The position numbers were made by a program, and so were the translations under genes. Shown piece by piece: positions 18,435 to 27,702 of a DNA stretch of 64,000 nt. The notes beneath the pieces are model-generated. The model made no database searches and had not been told where the DNA came from. It saw only the letters and a list, made by a program, of their open reading frames with translations. This DNA is from an uncultured Acidimicrobiaceae bacterium (GTDB lineage Bacteria; Actinomycetota; Acidimicrobiia; Spongiisociales; ZC4RG35). The stretch spans positions 44,170 through 108,169 of the forward strand of contig CAZNDH010000004.1 in the NCBI GenBank assembly GCA_964571765.1, read 5' to 3'. The stretch's first letter is position 1; each line of letters starts with the position of its first letter.

Positions 18435-21400
18435 TCACCTGAAGTCGCGCGACTTGACGGTCTGGATCCCGATGGGCTCGAAGTCGTGGGCAACCACATT
18501 GGTCACCCCGTCGTAGAACTCCAGCCTCCCGTGGACGATGAGGGCTGGGCTCTTGCGGACCACGTTGCGATGACGGGCCCACACCTCGGGGAGGACCACG
18601 ACATTCAACAGACCGGTCTCGTCCTCCAGGTTGAGGAAATGGACTCCCCGAGCGGTGCCCGGACGCTGGCGATGGGTTATCACCCCGGCCACAGCCACCC
18701 GGGAGCGGTTCCGTGACTCCTCTAGTACTTGGGCGGCGGTGAGGCACCCTTCGAGACGATCCCTGACGAAGCTCATCGGGTGCACCACGGACACCCCGGT
18801 GGACCACAGGTCGGCGCGATGCTCTTCCTCCGGGGTCAGCAGGGGCAGCTCGGGGGGGTCAACCCCCGGTGACAGGGGAAGACGACTCGGATCGATGCCC
18901 GCCAGCGCCCCGGCGGCCCACATCCCCTCCCGCCGGCCCAGCCCCACCGACTCCAGGGCCCCGGAGGCCGCCAGACCCTCGAGGGCCTCCACCCCCAGCC
19001 CGGTACGGAAGGCCAAGTCCTCCGGCGAATTGAACTCGCCGCCGAGGATTCGCGCCGCCTCGACCCTGGTGACCTCGGCTTCGCCCAGGTTGCGCACATA
19101 GCGGAGACCCATCCTCACCGCCACCGCAGGACGGATGGGATCGTCGACATGGCCCCTCCCTCGCCGCCACCGCTGACCCAGGTACTCGAGGACATCGTCG
19201 GGATCGGCCTCCCATGGCTCGATGGTGCAGTCGTGCCATGACAGGTTGACATCGGGGCCGAGGACCACAACACCGTGACGCTGGGCATCCTGGACCAGCG
19301 AGTTTGGGTGGTAGAAGCCCATGGGCTGGGCGTTGAGCAGTCCCGCCAGGTACTCCGCCGGGTAGTGGAAGCGGAGCCAGGCCGACATGTAGACGATGTA
19401 GGCGAAGCTCACCGAGTGACTCTCGGGAAACCCGAAGCTGGAGAACCCCTGGAGTTTCTCCCAGATCTCGTCGGCGGCGGAGCCGACCACCCCGTTGGCC
19501 GACATCCCGGCGTAGACCTCCTCGCGAAGGCGGGCCATCGCCTTCTCGGACCGCTTGTGGGTCATCGCCTGGCGGAGACGGTCAGCCTGGGACCCGTCGA
19601 ATCCGGCGCAGACCCGTGCCAACTCCATGAGCTGCTCCTGAAAGATGGGCACCCCCAGGGTCTTGGCCAGGATCGGCTCGGTGAGGGGATGGGGGTAGCG
19701 GACCGGCTCTTCGCCGTTACGGCGACGCAGGTAGGGATGGACCGACTGACCCTGGATCGGCCCCGGGCGAATCAGGGCGACCTCCACCGCTAGGTCATAG
19801 AAGGTCTTCGGCTTCATCTTGGGGAGGGTCGCCATCTGGGCCCGCGACTCGACCTGGAACAGGCCCACGGTGTCGGCGCGGGTGATCGAGTGGTAGATGG
19901 CCGGCTCCTGGGGGATGGTGGCCAGGTCGATGTCGACACCATGGGTCTCATCGATGAGGTCGGTGGCAAGGTGGAGAGCATTGAGCATCCCCAACCCGAG
20001 TAGGTCGAACTTGACGATCCCCACCGCAGCAGCGTCGTCCTTGTCCCACTGGATCACCGTGCGCCCCTCCAACCGCCCCCACTCCACCGGGACCACCTGC
20101 CACAGGGGACGGTCGGCGATGACCATCCCACCCGAGTGGATCCCGAGGTGACGGGGAAACCCGTCGAGGCGCCAGCAGATGTCGAAGATCATCTGCGTGG
20201 TGAGCCCGTCGGGGAGAGGGGCGTCCATGTCGGGGAGCTTGGCCGGGTCCCGGGTGTCGACATACCGGGATAGACCGTCGACCTGAGCCTGGGTGAACCC
20301 GAACACCTTGGCTACGTCACGCAACACCGAGCGCGCCCGGTAGGTGATCACGTTGGCCACCATCGCCGCCCGCTCTCTCCCGTAGCGCCGGAAGCAGTAC
20401 TGGATCACCTCCTCGCGTCGGTCGGCCTCGAAGTCGACGTCGATGTCAGGGGGCCGGCCCCGCTCCTCGGAGAGGAACCGCTCGAAGGGGAGATTGAGCC
20501 GGATCGGGTCGACCCGGGTGAGACCGATGCACCGGCACACCGCCGAATCGGCGCCCGAGCCTCTGATCTGACAGTAGATCCCCTGCTCACGGGCGTAGTC
20601 GACCAGGTCTTTGACCACCAGGAAATACCCGGCGAAACCCAGCCGCTCGATCACTCCCAGCTCGTGGTCGAGCCGCCGTCTCGCCTCCGGATCGACACCT
20701 CGGTCGGCCCCGGGGTACACCTGGCGGGCACCCTCCCACGTGAGGTGACGGAGGTAGTCCATCTCGTCCTGGAAATGCCCGGGCATGGGGAAATCGGGAA
20801 GTCGGGGGGCGACCAAACCCAGGTCGAAGGCGAGTCGCCGCCCAAGTTCGGCTGAGCGGGCCACCGCCCCCGGGTACCGGGCGAAGCGGACCGCCATCTC
20901 CTCGGGGTGCTTCATGTAGCGCTCGTCGCTGGCGGGACGGAACCCGTCGGCCGACGCCAGGGTGCGCCGACCGCCGATGGCGGCCAGGGCCTCGGACAGG
21001 TAGGCCTCGGAGGGATGGCGATAGTGGACTTGGTTGGTGGCCAGGATCGACACTCCGAGACGGGTGCCCACCTCCCACATCAGATCATTTCTGGGATCGT
21101 CCTCGGGCATTCGGTGATGCCACAACTCCAGGTGGAGCCGTCTCCCAAAGAGTTCACGGAGACGATCGACCTCGGCGATGGTGGCCGAGAGGTCTCCACT
21201 GGCGGCCGCCCTGGGCACCGCGCCCGAGTGGCATCCGGTAAGAGCGTGGACGTCCTCGTTGGCTGCCGTCGTCTCCAGGTCCTCCCACAGATACACCGGC
21301 CAACCCTTCTCTCCCCTCATCTGCCCTTTGGTCACCAGATGGGAGAGGGAGCGGTACCCCGCAGGTGATCCGGCGAGGAGGACGAGATGATCGGTCGGGG

Positions 21401-21749
21401 GAAGATCGACCGGCTTGCCACCATGGGCCTTGACGTTCCGACCGCGACGCAGCCTGCCCTGCCCTCCCTTCTCTCGGGCGTGCCGCCGACGGTCCCACTC
21501 CTCTGCACCGGCCACCGGGTTGAGCGCCCCCTTGGGGTCGGCTTCGATGCCGATCTCCACCCCGTAGATGGCGGCAAGCCCGGTCTCCCGCGCCGCCTGC
21601 CAAAAGCGGGACACCCCGTAGAACCCGTTGTGGTCGGTGACCGCCAGGGCCTGATACCCCAATTGAACCGCCCGGTCCACCAGGTCCTCAGGGTGGGAGG
21701 CGCCGTCGAGAAAGGAGAAGTTGGTGTGACAGTGCAGCTCGGCATACAT
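18435..21749 (-). CDS. dnaE2: error-prone DNA polymerase DnaE2 (Pol III alpha paralogue)
   Basis: 1104 aa with an N-terminal PHP motif MYAELHCHTNFSFLDGASHPEDLV. A LexA box lies immediately upstream. Confidence 0.9.
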   Translation of the reverse strand: MYAELHCHTNFSFLDGASHPEDLVDRAVQLGYQALAVTDHNGFYGVSRFWQAARETGLAAIYGVEIGIEADPKGALNPVAGAEEWDRRRHAREKGGQGRLRRGRNVKAHGGKPVDLPPTDHLVLLAGSPAGYRSLSHLVTKGQMRGEKGWPVYLWEDLETTAANEDVHALTGCHSGAVPRAAASGDLSATIAEVDRLRELFGRRLHLELWHHRMPEDDPRNDLMWEVGTRLGVSILATNQVHYRHPSEAYLSEALAAIGGRRTLASADGFRPASDERYMKHPEEMAVRFARYPGAVARSAELGRRLAFDLGLVAPRLPDFPMPGHFQDEMDYLRHLTWEGARQVYPGADRGVDPEARRRLDHELGVIERLGFAGYFLVVKDLVDYAREQGIYCQIRGSGADSAVCRCIGLTRVDPIRLNLPFERFLSEERGRPPDIDVDFEADRREEVIQYCFRRYGRERAAMVANVITYRARSVLRDVAKVFGFTQAQVDGLSRYVDTRDPAKLPDMDAPLPDGLTTQMIFDICWRLDGFPRHLGIHSGGMVIADRPLWQVVPVEWGRLEGRTVIQWDKDDAAAVGIVKFDLLGLGMLNALHLATDLIDETHGVDIDLATIPQEPAIYHSITRADTVGLFQVESRAQMATLPKMKPKTFYDLAVEVALIRPGPIQGQSVHPYLRRRNGEEPVRYPHPLTEPILAKTLGVPIFQEQLMELARVCAGFDGSQADRLRQAMTHKRSEKAMARLREEVYAGMSANGVVGSAADEIWEKLQGFSSFGFPESHSVSFAYIVYMSAWLRFHYPAEYLAGLLNAQPMGFYHPNSLVQDAQRHGVVVLGPDVNLSWHDCTIEPWEADPDDVLEYLGQRWRRGRGHVDDPIRPAVAVRMGLRYVRNLGEAEVTRVEAARILGGEFNSPEDLAFRTGLGVEALEGLAASGALESVGLGRREGMWAAGALAGIDPSRLPLSPGVDPPELPLLTPEEEHRADLWSTGVSVVHPMSFVRDRLEGCLTAAQVLEESRNRSRVAVAGVITHRQRPGTARGVHFLNLEDETGLLNVVVLPEVWARHRNVVRKSPALIVHGRLEFYDGVTNVVAHDFEPIGIQTVKSRDFR

Positions 21750-21755
21750 AAGCTC

Positions 21756-21776
21756 ATCCTATCGAACATTTGTTCG
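21756..21776 (-). promoter_or_regulatory. LexA (SOS) box TCGAACATTTGTTCG abutting a TAGGAT -10 hexamer upstream of dnaE2
   Basis: 21762-21776 matches 15 of 16 positions of the actinobacterial TCGAAC-N4-GTTCGA consensus. TAGGAT (21756-21761, minus strand) is 6 nt from ATG 21749. Confidence 0.65.
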
Positions 21777-21860
21777 CCACGATGAGAGTATCCGACTCCT
21801 CGGGCCAACCGCCCCAGCAAAACAAGCACTGGTGAGAGGATTCGAAGTACCTTTCAGCCC

Positions 21861-22085
21861 ATGTCCTCCATCACCAAGACCATCAGGCTCTCCGGGAAGG
21901 CGGACGGCTCCATCGAGGACGCGGTGCGCACCGTCCTCGCCCGTGCCGCCAGCACCATCGACGATATCCAGGGGTTCCGGATCGTCGAAGTCGCCGGTGA
22001 GGTCGATGACTCCGGTGCACCCACCTTGTTCTCGGTGACCGTCGACATCACATTCGGCATTCGAGACCCGGTCGACCACGGTTGA
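21861..22085 (+). CDS. dodecin family flavin-binding protein
   Basis: 74 aa; the pattern ...IRLSGKADGSIEDAVRTVLARAASTIDDIQGFRIVEVAG... resembles bacterial dodecins. TACCTT (21848-21853) lies 7 nt upstream of the ATG. Confidence 0.7.
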   Translation: MSSITKTIRLSGKADGSIEDAVRTVLARAASTIDDIQGFRIVEVAGEVDDSGAPTLFSVTVDITFGIRDPVDHG

Positions 22086-22087
22086 AA

Positions 22088-22106
22088 CCTTTCCCGATCG
22101 GGAAGG
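22088..22106 (+). terminator. hairpin after the dodecin gene (CCTT(T)CCCGATCGGGAAGG)
   Basis: Near-perfect palindrome with one bulged T, 3 nt after the stop. No U tract. Confidence 0.3.
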
Positions 22107-22156
22107 ATCGAACCTAATGACCGTAGGGGCTACCAGCCCAGGACAGGAGGACACAC

Positions 22157-22435
22157 ATGGAAATCGGAGACGTACTCGGGACCATCATCGGCGCACTGGT
22201 CGCCGGTCTGATCGTGGGCCCACTGGCCCGTCTGGCCTTGCCAGGCAAGCAGAACATCTCGCTGGGTATGACCATCCTGCTCGGTGCCGTGGGTGCACTG
22301 GTCGGCGGGTTCATCTACGAGGCCCTGGGCGGAGCCGAGACCGCAGGCATCGACTGGATCCGACTACTGATCCAGATCGCGGTGGCCGCGGTGGCGGTGA
22401 TCATCTACGGGAACATGCAGGGCCGACGCACCTGA
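22157..22435 (+). CDS. GlsB/YeaQ/YmgE family stress-response membrane protein
   Basis: 92 aa, glycine-zipper TM pattern GTIIGALVAGLIVGPLARLALPG. An AGGAGG SD lies 6 nt upstream. Confidence 0.8.
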   Translation: MEIGDVLGTIIGALVAGLIVGPLARLALPGKQNISLGMTILLGAVGALVGGFIYEALGGAETAGIDWIRLLIQIAVAAVAVIIYGNMQGRRT

Positions 22436-22449
22436 CCTCGAGTTACCTG

Positions 22450-22480
22450 GAGAGGGGCGTCGGCCACCGACGCCCCTCTC
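22450..22480 (+). terminator. strong hairpin GAGAGGGGCGTCGG-CCA-CCGACGCCCCTCTC
   Basis: 14-bp perfect stem starting 15 nt after the stop of the GlsB-like gene. Only a weak T-rich tail follows. Confidence 0.55.
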
Positions 22481-22498
22481 TCGCGTCGTTGTGAGCCG

Positions 22499-23479
22499 AT
22501 GACCGAGATCCCCCTGCCTCGCCCCCTGGGAAACGGGATCCACCTGATACCGGTCCCGCTCCCGTTCAAGTCTCCCCTCTGGGTCAACACCTATGCCATC
22601 GAGTCCGACGGCGGGCTCCTGCTCATCGACTGCGGCACCGATTGGGACCTCGGACGCCAGGCGCTTGCTCGCGGGTTCGCCGATCTTGGCCTGGAGGAGG
22701 CTGCGGTGCACACCCTCCTCGTCTCCCACCTCCACCCCGACCACGTGGGAATGGCCGCACGGCTTCAGGCTGAGATCGGGTGCCGCTTCGTCATGCACCG
22801 GAGTGCCAGCCAATTGGTCGACCGTTACAACGACACCCCGGGTTACTACGAGCGGGTCCGGGAGATCGCCTCCCGGCACGGGGTGCCTCCACAGTTGGTA
22901 GCCGAGGCGACCTCGGCGGTCAGGCCCGACTACATGCCGGAGATCGGCCCGCCAGACCACACAGTGGAGGACGGGGACATGGTTGGCCTGGGCGGAGGGC
23001 GAGCCCTCGAGGTCCTCCACACCCCGGGTCACGACCAGGCCCACATCTGTTTACGCGACACTTCGTCCGGTGTCTTCTTCTCCGGTGACCACGTACTCCC
23101 CCGAATCTCCCCGGTCATCATGTACGAGCCCACCATCGGGGATGTTCTCGGCGACTATCTCGAGTCGCTGCGTCGGCTGATTGGCCTCTCCATCGGCGTC
23201 ACCTACCCGGCCCACGGGACCCTGATCGACCGGGGCGACGAACGTGCTCGCCAGATCGTCCTCCACCATGACCGCCGCCTCCTCGACATGGCCGATCTGG
23301 TCGATCGGGGCGAGACCTCCTCGTTCCAGGTGATGCTCCGGTCGTTCCGACCCAACCTCGACCCGATCCAGGCCCGACTGGCCCTCCTCGAGACGATCGC
23401 CCACCTCGAGCATCTCTGCGTCCGGGGGCGAATAGACGTCGAGGAGCGCGACGGTCAGGTCTTCTACCGCGCCGGCTGA
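22499..23479 (+). CDS. MBL-fold metallo-hydrolase
   Basis: LLVSHLHPDHVGMA (HxHxDH) motif and a downstream TPGH motif. Confidence 0.8.
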   Translation: MTEIPLPRPLGNGIHLIPVPLPFKSPLWVNTYAIESDGGLLLIDCGTDWDLGRQALARGFADLGLEEAAVHTLLVSHLHPDHVGMAARLQAEIGCRFVMHRSASQLVDRYNDTPGYYERVREIASRHGVPPQLVAEATSAVRPDYMPEIGPPDHTVEDGDMVGLGGGRALEVLHTPGHDQAHICLRDTSSGVFFSGDHVLPRISPVIMYEPTIGDVLGDYLESLRRLIGLSIGVTYPAHGTLIDRGDERARQIVLHHDRRLLDMADLVDRGETSSFQVMLRSFRPNLDPIQARLALLETIAHLEHLCVRGRIDVEERDGQVFYRAG

Positions 23480-23498
23480 CTGGCCTTATCCCAGGTTC

Positions 23499-23702
23499 AT
23501 GTCAGACTGGTCGCCGATGAGCGTGTTGGCATACCTCGACGCCGGTTCGGGAAGCCTGCTCCTCCAGGCCATCCTCGGCGGATTGGCGGGGATCGCGGTC
23601 GCCTTCCGGGCGTGGAGGACCAGGCTGGCCGGCAGGAACATGGTGAAGGAAGCCGAGGCGGAGAGGTCGGCCGCCTCCTCCGACCAGTCCGCTGGCTCCT
23701 GA
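23499..23702 (+). CDS. small membrane protein (YLDAGSGSLLLQ motif)
   Basis: 67 aa with one TM. The motif resembles the recurrent N-terminal DPGSGS-type motif I recall from envelope-associated proteins. Confidence 0.45.
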   Translation: MSDWSPMSVLAYLDAGSGSLLLQAILGGLAGIAVAFRAWRTRLAGRNMVKEAEAERSAASSDQSAGS

Positions 23703-23710
23703 CCACCGCG

Positions 23711-25072
23711 ATGCTCCCGGCCGATCCCGGCTCGTTCCGTGACCCCGCCTCGCGGGTCCTGATCGACGGCGACCGGGTGATCCGACTCCTCGACCCCAGG
23801 GGGCTGCAGGCCTGGGAGGCATTGGCCGGCTCCCAGTTCCATGGCGAGGCGGTGGCCCGCGGCGACCTGGTCGCCTCCCACCCGGTCGACGACCCCACCG
23901 GTGGTGCCGCCGGTGCGCTGGAGCACCCTCGGCTCCCCATGATCACCTACCCCTACGAGTGGACCTTCTCGATGATGCGCGCCGCCGCCCTCCTCCAACT
24001 CGACCTGATGGAGGGGGCACTCGAAGATGGGCTCACCATCAAGGACGCAACCCCCTTCAACATCCAGTTCGATCGGGGCCGGCCCGTGTTCATCGACATC
24101 GGCTCGTTCGAGACGTACCAGCCCGGTGAGCCCTGGCTGGGCTACCGCCAGTTCACCCGCCAGTTCCTCTTCCCCCTCCTGATGCGGTCGTGGGCCGGTG
24201 TGCCCTTCCAGCCCTGGCTGAGGGGTGATCCGGAAGGGCCAACCGCCGCCCATATGAGGGCGATGCTCGGCCCTGTCAGGAGGTTACGGCCGGCAGCTCT
24301 CGTCCACGTCGTCCTCCAGGCCCGAATGGAGGCGCGGCTGAAGGGCACCGCGGTCCGTAGCCGGCTCGGCGAGGCAGGTTTCAACGCCGGAATGATCCTG
24401 GCCAACGTCCGCCGTCTTCGTTCTCTGGTCGCCTCGTTGAGCTGGGATCCCGAGGACGGCGGCTGGTCGGGGTACCAGGAGTGTGCCCATGTCACCCGGG
24501 ACCGCGACCACAAGGCTGCCTTCTTGGTCTCCGCCCTCGACGAATTGGCTCCAGACAGTGTGCTCGACCTCGGAGCCAACGACGGCCACTTCTCCCGCCT
24601 GGCGGCCCAACTCGGTGCCCATGTCGTGGCTGTGGACGGCGACGAGGCGGTGCTCGACCGCCTCTACCTGGGCCTCGATGGGTTGCCGGTGTCGGTGGTG
24701 GTCGCCGACCTGACCAACCCCGCCCCTTCACAGGGCTGGAGGGGACAGGAGCGCCCCGGCCTCTTCCAACGGGTGCGACCCGACATGGTCATCGCCTACG
24801 GCCTGGTCCATCACCTCATCTACACCGCCAGTGTCCCTCCGGCGTCGGTGGTGGAGTGGCTCAGAGGCTTCGAGGTGCCGATCGTGCTCGAGTTCGTCGC
24901 TCCGGGTGACGAGATGGTGGCGGTGCTCACCGCCAACAAGCTGGATTCGGAGCTCCATCCGGGTCGTACCGAGGCCGAGTTCCGCACCCTGCTCGCCGGG
25001 CACTTCGAGGTCGAGGCCGAAGAAGCCCTTGCCGAGGGCTTCAGGACTCTCCTCCGGCTGTCCCCCCGCTGA
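23711..25072 (+). CDS. class I SAM-dependent methyltransferase (NoeA-like architecture)
   Basis: N-terminal FRDPASRV...YPYEWTFSMMRAAALLQLDL...KDATPFNIQFDRGRPVFIDIGSFE and C-terminal VLDLGANDGHFS motif I. I chose ATG 23711 because the longer ORF overlaps the small upstream gene. Confidence 0.7.
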   Translation: MLPADPGSFRDPASRVLIDGDRVIRLLDPRGLQAWEALAGSQFHGEAVARGDLVASHPVDDPTGGAAGALEHPRLPMITYPYEWTFSMMRAAALLQLDLMEGALEDGLTIKDATPFNIQFDRGRPVFIDIGSFETYQPGEPWLGYRQFTRQFLFPLLMRSWAGVPFQPWLRGDPEGPTAAHMRAMLGPVRRLRPAALVHVVLQARMEARLKGTAVRSRLGEAGFNAGMILANVRRLRSLVASLSWDPEDGGWSGYQECAHVTRDRDHKAAFLVSALDELAPDSVLDLGANDGHFSRLAAQLGAHVVAVDGDEAVLDRLYLGLDGLPVSVVVADLTNPAPSQGWRGQERPGLFQRVRPDMVIAYGLVHHLIYTASVPPASVVEWLRGFEVPIVLEFVAPGDEMVAVLTANKLDSELHPGRTEAEFRTLLAGHFEVEAEEALAEGFRTLLRLSPR

Positions 25073-25076
25073 GACC

Positions 25077-27536
25077 CTAGGGGTCGAGCCGGGCCGGATC
25101 GGCCACCGCATGCTCGTCGAATTCGGCCACGACGGTCAGCTGGGCGGTTCCCGCGGGGATCGCCGATGCCGGGATCTCGAAGCGGAAGCCGGAGCGGAGC
25201 AGGTCGTCGCTGGCGAACCAGACCACCACATTGCGGTTGTCGAGGTTGGGCGGGCCGTGGGCGAGCAGGCTATCGGCGGCGAAGACGTAGAGGGTGTGAG
25301 GTGGAACCTTCTCGACGATGTCGGCCGACCAGCCGACGATGGTCCACACTCCTCGCTCCAGGTCGATCCGGTCGACCTGGAGGCGACGAGCTCCCTCGGA
25401 CCGGATGTCGAGCACCCGTCCGTCTTCGGTGACGAGTTCGAGGGCGAGGTCGCGGCTGGTTCCCGCCAGCCAGGTCCCATCCGGGCCGGGCACCAGGAGG
25501 TCGATCAAGTTGGGCCCGGCGGCCACCAACTCCTCTGCGATCATCCCGTGGAAGGTGCCCCCCTGCGGGCCGTCCGGGACCACCAGCGTCATCCCGGCGA
25601 TGGTCCCGTTGATCACGACCAGCAAGTGGTCCGGAACGGAGCGGGAGGGAAAGGATATCCGGCCGTTGACGTAGGTCTGGACCATTCCCTCTTCCCCTGA
25701 CCCCTCCACCAGGCTCGACCCGAGATCCAATTGCCATGCCACTTCCTCGGAGGCCATCACCTCCAGGGTCTCCACCGCGACCCCGATCAGTCCAGCGTCG
25801 GAGCCGACCCCGGCAACACCCAGCCAGCTCGACTGGTCGGGGATCCAGCGGTGGTTGCGCTCCACCTGGGCATCGAGCACCTCGAGGTCGGTGCTCACCG
25901 GGTCCCCGCTGCAGCACCACCGAATCGGATCGTGCTGGCGATGCACTCCTTCCAGGTCGAGCAATGAGATTCCGTCGAACTCCCATTCGGTGCGTACCTG
26001 GAGGGTGTCGACCACCGTTGGCATCACGTCGATCCCGAAAGCCGGCTCGTCGACCACCTCCCCCACCGTCTGACCGGGATACTTGATGAAGAGAGGGATC
26101 CGGTAGAGGTCGGCGCGGTTCTCCTCGTAGGGCCATCTCCGGTGCTGGCCAGCCTCGAATGATGTCCCGTGGTCGGAGAGCACTATGACCATCGATTCCT
26201 CCCAGGTTCCGGCCTGATCCATCTCGGTGAAGATCCTGCCCAGCATCACGTCGAGTAGCCCCAATTGGTAGAGGTGTCGCTGAAACCCGAGGACTCCGAG
26301 GTCCTGGTTTGCCGCCCAAAGCCCGCTGCCATCAACACCCTCTACCTCGGTGTACGCCTCGGGACGCTGGTAGTGAGTCCCCGACGGGTTGGTCATCCAG
26401 GGCACGTGTGGCGATGGGGCGTGGACATAGCTGAGCACCGGGCGGTCGGCCCGCCCCACCCCGTTGGCGATCATCTGCAGCCAGTCGACCCAGTCTGCCC
26501 TCGTCCTCGGTCCGGGGACGGGCAGTCCGTCGACGGCCACCTCAGCCCCGGCGACCGCCTCACCCTGGCCGAGGAAGCCCCTCCAGCTGTTGTCGATGCT
26601 TGGCAAGGAGCCCTGTGCCCTTGCCGGCACCGACAGATGGAGGTAGACCACCGCTGCGTCGGCCACCAGCGACCCGAAGCGGGCAGCCGCCCGACCGGCG
26701 AAGTCGGGACAGACATCCTCGGGGCACATGGCGGCCACCCACTCGATCACCTGCATCTCGTAGTCGGCGGCGAGCAGGGTGAACAGGTTCTCGGGGTGGT
26801 CGACCGCCGAGGGAGTGGCGGCCCGCTCCACTCGCCGCCCGGTGAGGACCGCCGGTATCGCCTGGGTGGTGGCGATCGAGTCGCCCAGGGCGTTGCGGTA
26901 CCAGGTCCCCTCGGAGGCAAGACGGGCGAAGTTGGGAAAGAGCTTCTCGTTGATCTCCCCCTGGATCGTCATCAGGCTGGCCAGGGGCAATTCGTCGAGT
27001 TGGACGAAAAGCACCGGGGCGGGGAGTCCCACCTCCCCGGACAGATCGCCGGCGTCCCCGGCATCCCAGATCAGGGCTGATGACGGTGAGGCGACCACAA
27101 ACAGGACCACCACTACGGGGAGTGCCAGCGAGGTTAGGACCAGGAATCCCCGGGCCCACCGGTGGACCACTACCACCAGCGCCACCACCCCCACCACTAT
27201 CAGAACCGTAAGCAGCAGATTGTCGGTCAGCTGCCTGGCCACCACCATGCCGATGGCCGAGGTGAGGAGGGTGATCACCACCCCATAGGTGATACGGCCG
27301 GCCGTCTCGCCGATCGTCGACATGCCCCGGACGACCAGGATGCCGACCGTGGGCACCAACACCGCCACCAGCAGGGCAAAGGCAGCGATCTGGGTTGGCG
27401 TGGTCCGATTGGCCACAAACACCTCGGGGTTTCGCCCGTAGACGTCGAGCAGTGGGCCGGCGACGGCCAGCGTGCTCAGCCCGCAGATGATCAGGGCCCG
27501 CCTGGTCTCGGCATTGTCGAGGAGCCGCATCGCCAT
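25077..27536 (-). CDS. membrane-anchored sulfatase-like (alkaline-phosphatase superfamily) hydrolase/transferase
   Basis: About five N-terminal TM segments, a catalytic-domain pattern including MVIVLSDHGTSF, and a ~300-aa C-terminal region of unknown function. Confidence 0.7.
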   Translation of the reverse strand: MAMRLLDNAETRRALIICGLSTLAVAGPLLDVYGRNPEVFVANRTTPTQIAAFALLVAVLVPTVGILVVRGMSTIGETAGRITYGVVITLLTSAIGMVVARQLTDNLLLTVLIVVGVVALVVVVHRWARGFLVLTSLALPVVVVLFVVASPSSALIWDAGDAGDLSGEVGLPAPVLFVQLDELPLASLMTIQGEINEKLFPNFARLASEGTWYRNALGDSIATTQAIPAVLTGRRVERAATPSAVDHPENLFTLLAADYEMQVIEWVAAMCPEDVCPDFAGRAAARFGSLVADAAVVYLHLSVPARAQGSLPSIDNSWRGFLGQGEAVAGAEVAVDGLPVPGPRTRADWVDWLQMIANGVGRADRPVLSYVHAPSPHVPWMTNPSGTHYQRPEAYTEVEGVDGSGLWAANQDLGVLGFQRHLYQLGLLDVMLGRIFTEMDQAGTWEESMVIVLSDHGTSFEAGQHRRWPYEENRADLYRIPLFIKYPGQTVGEVVDEPAFGIDVMPTVVDTLQVRTEWEFDGISLLDLEGVHRQHDPIRWCCSGDPVSTDLEVLDAQVERNHRWIPDQSSWLGVAGVGSDAGLIGVAVETLEVMASEEVAWQLDLGSSLVEGSGEEGMVQTYVNGRISFPSRSVPDHLLVVINGTIAGMTLVVPDGPQGGTFHGMIAEELVAAGPNLIDLLVPGPDGTWLAGTSRDLALELVTEDGRVLDIRSEGARRLQVDRIDLERGVWTIVGWSADIVEKVPPHTLYVFAADSLLAHGPPNLDNRNVVVWFASDDLLRSGFRFEIPASAIPAGTAQLTVVAEFDEHAVADPARLDP

Positions 27537-27702
27537 TAGAAAGTAACCCCGGGCGGCGCCCTAAGCGGTACATCTGGTGGAGTGGACCGATCTGGCCGAT
27601 CTTGGCGGTGCCGGCTGCTGCTTTACTGGTCACCGGGGGACAGTCTTCGGCCCGGGAACCTCGCCGGTGTATCCGTCGTCTAAACCCGCAGGAAGGAGCC
27701 AG

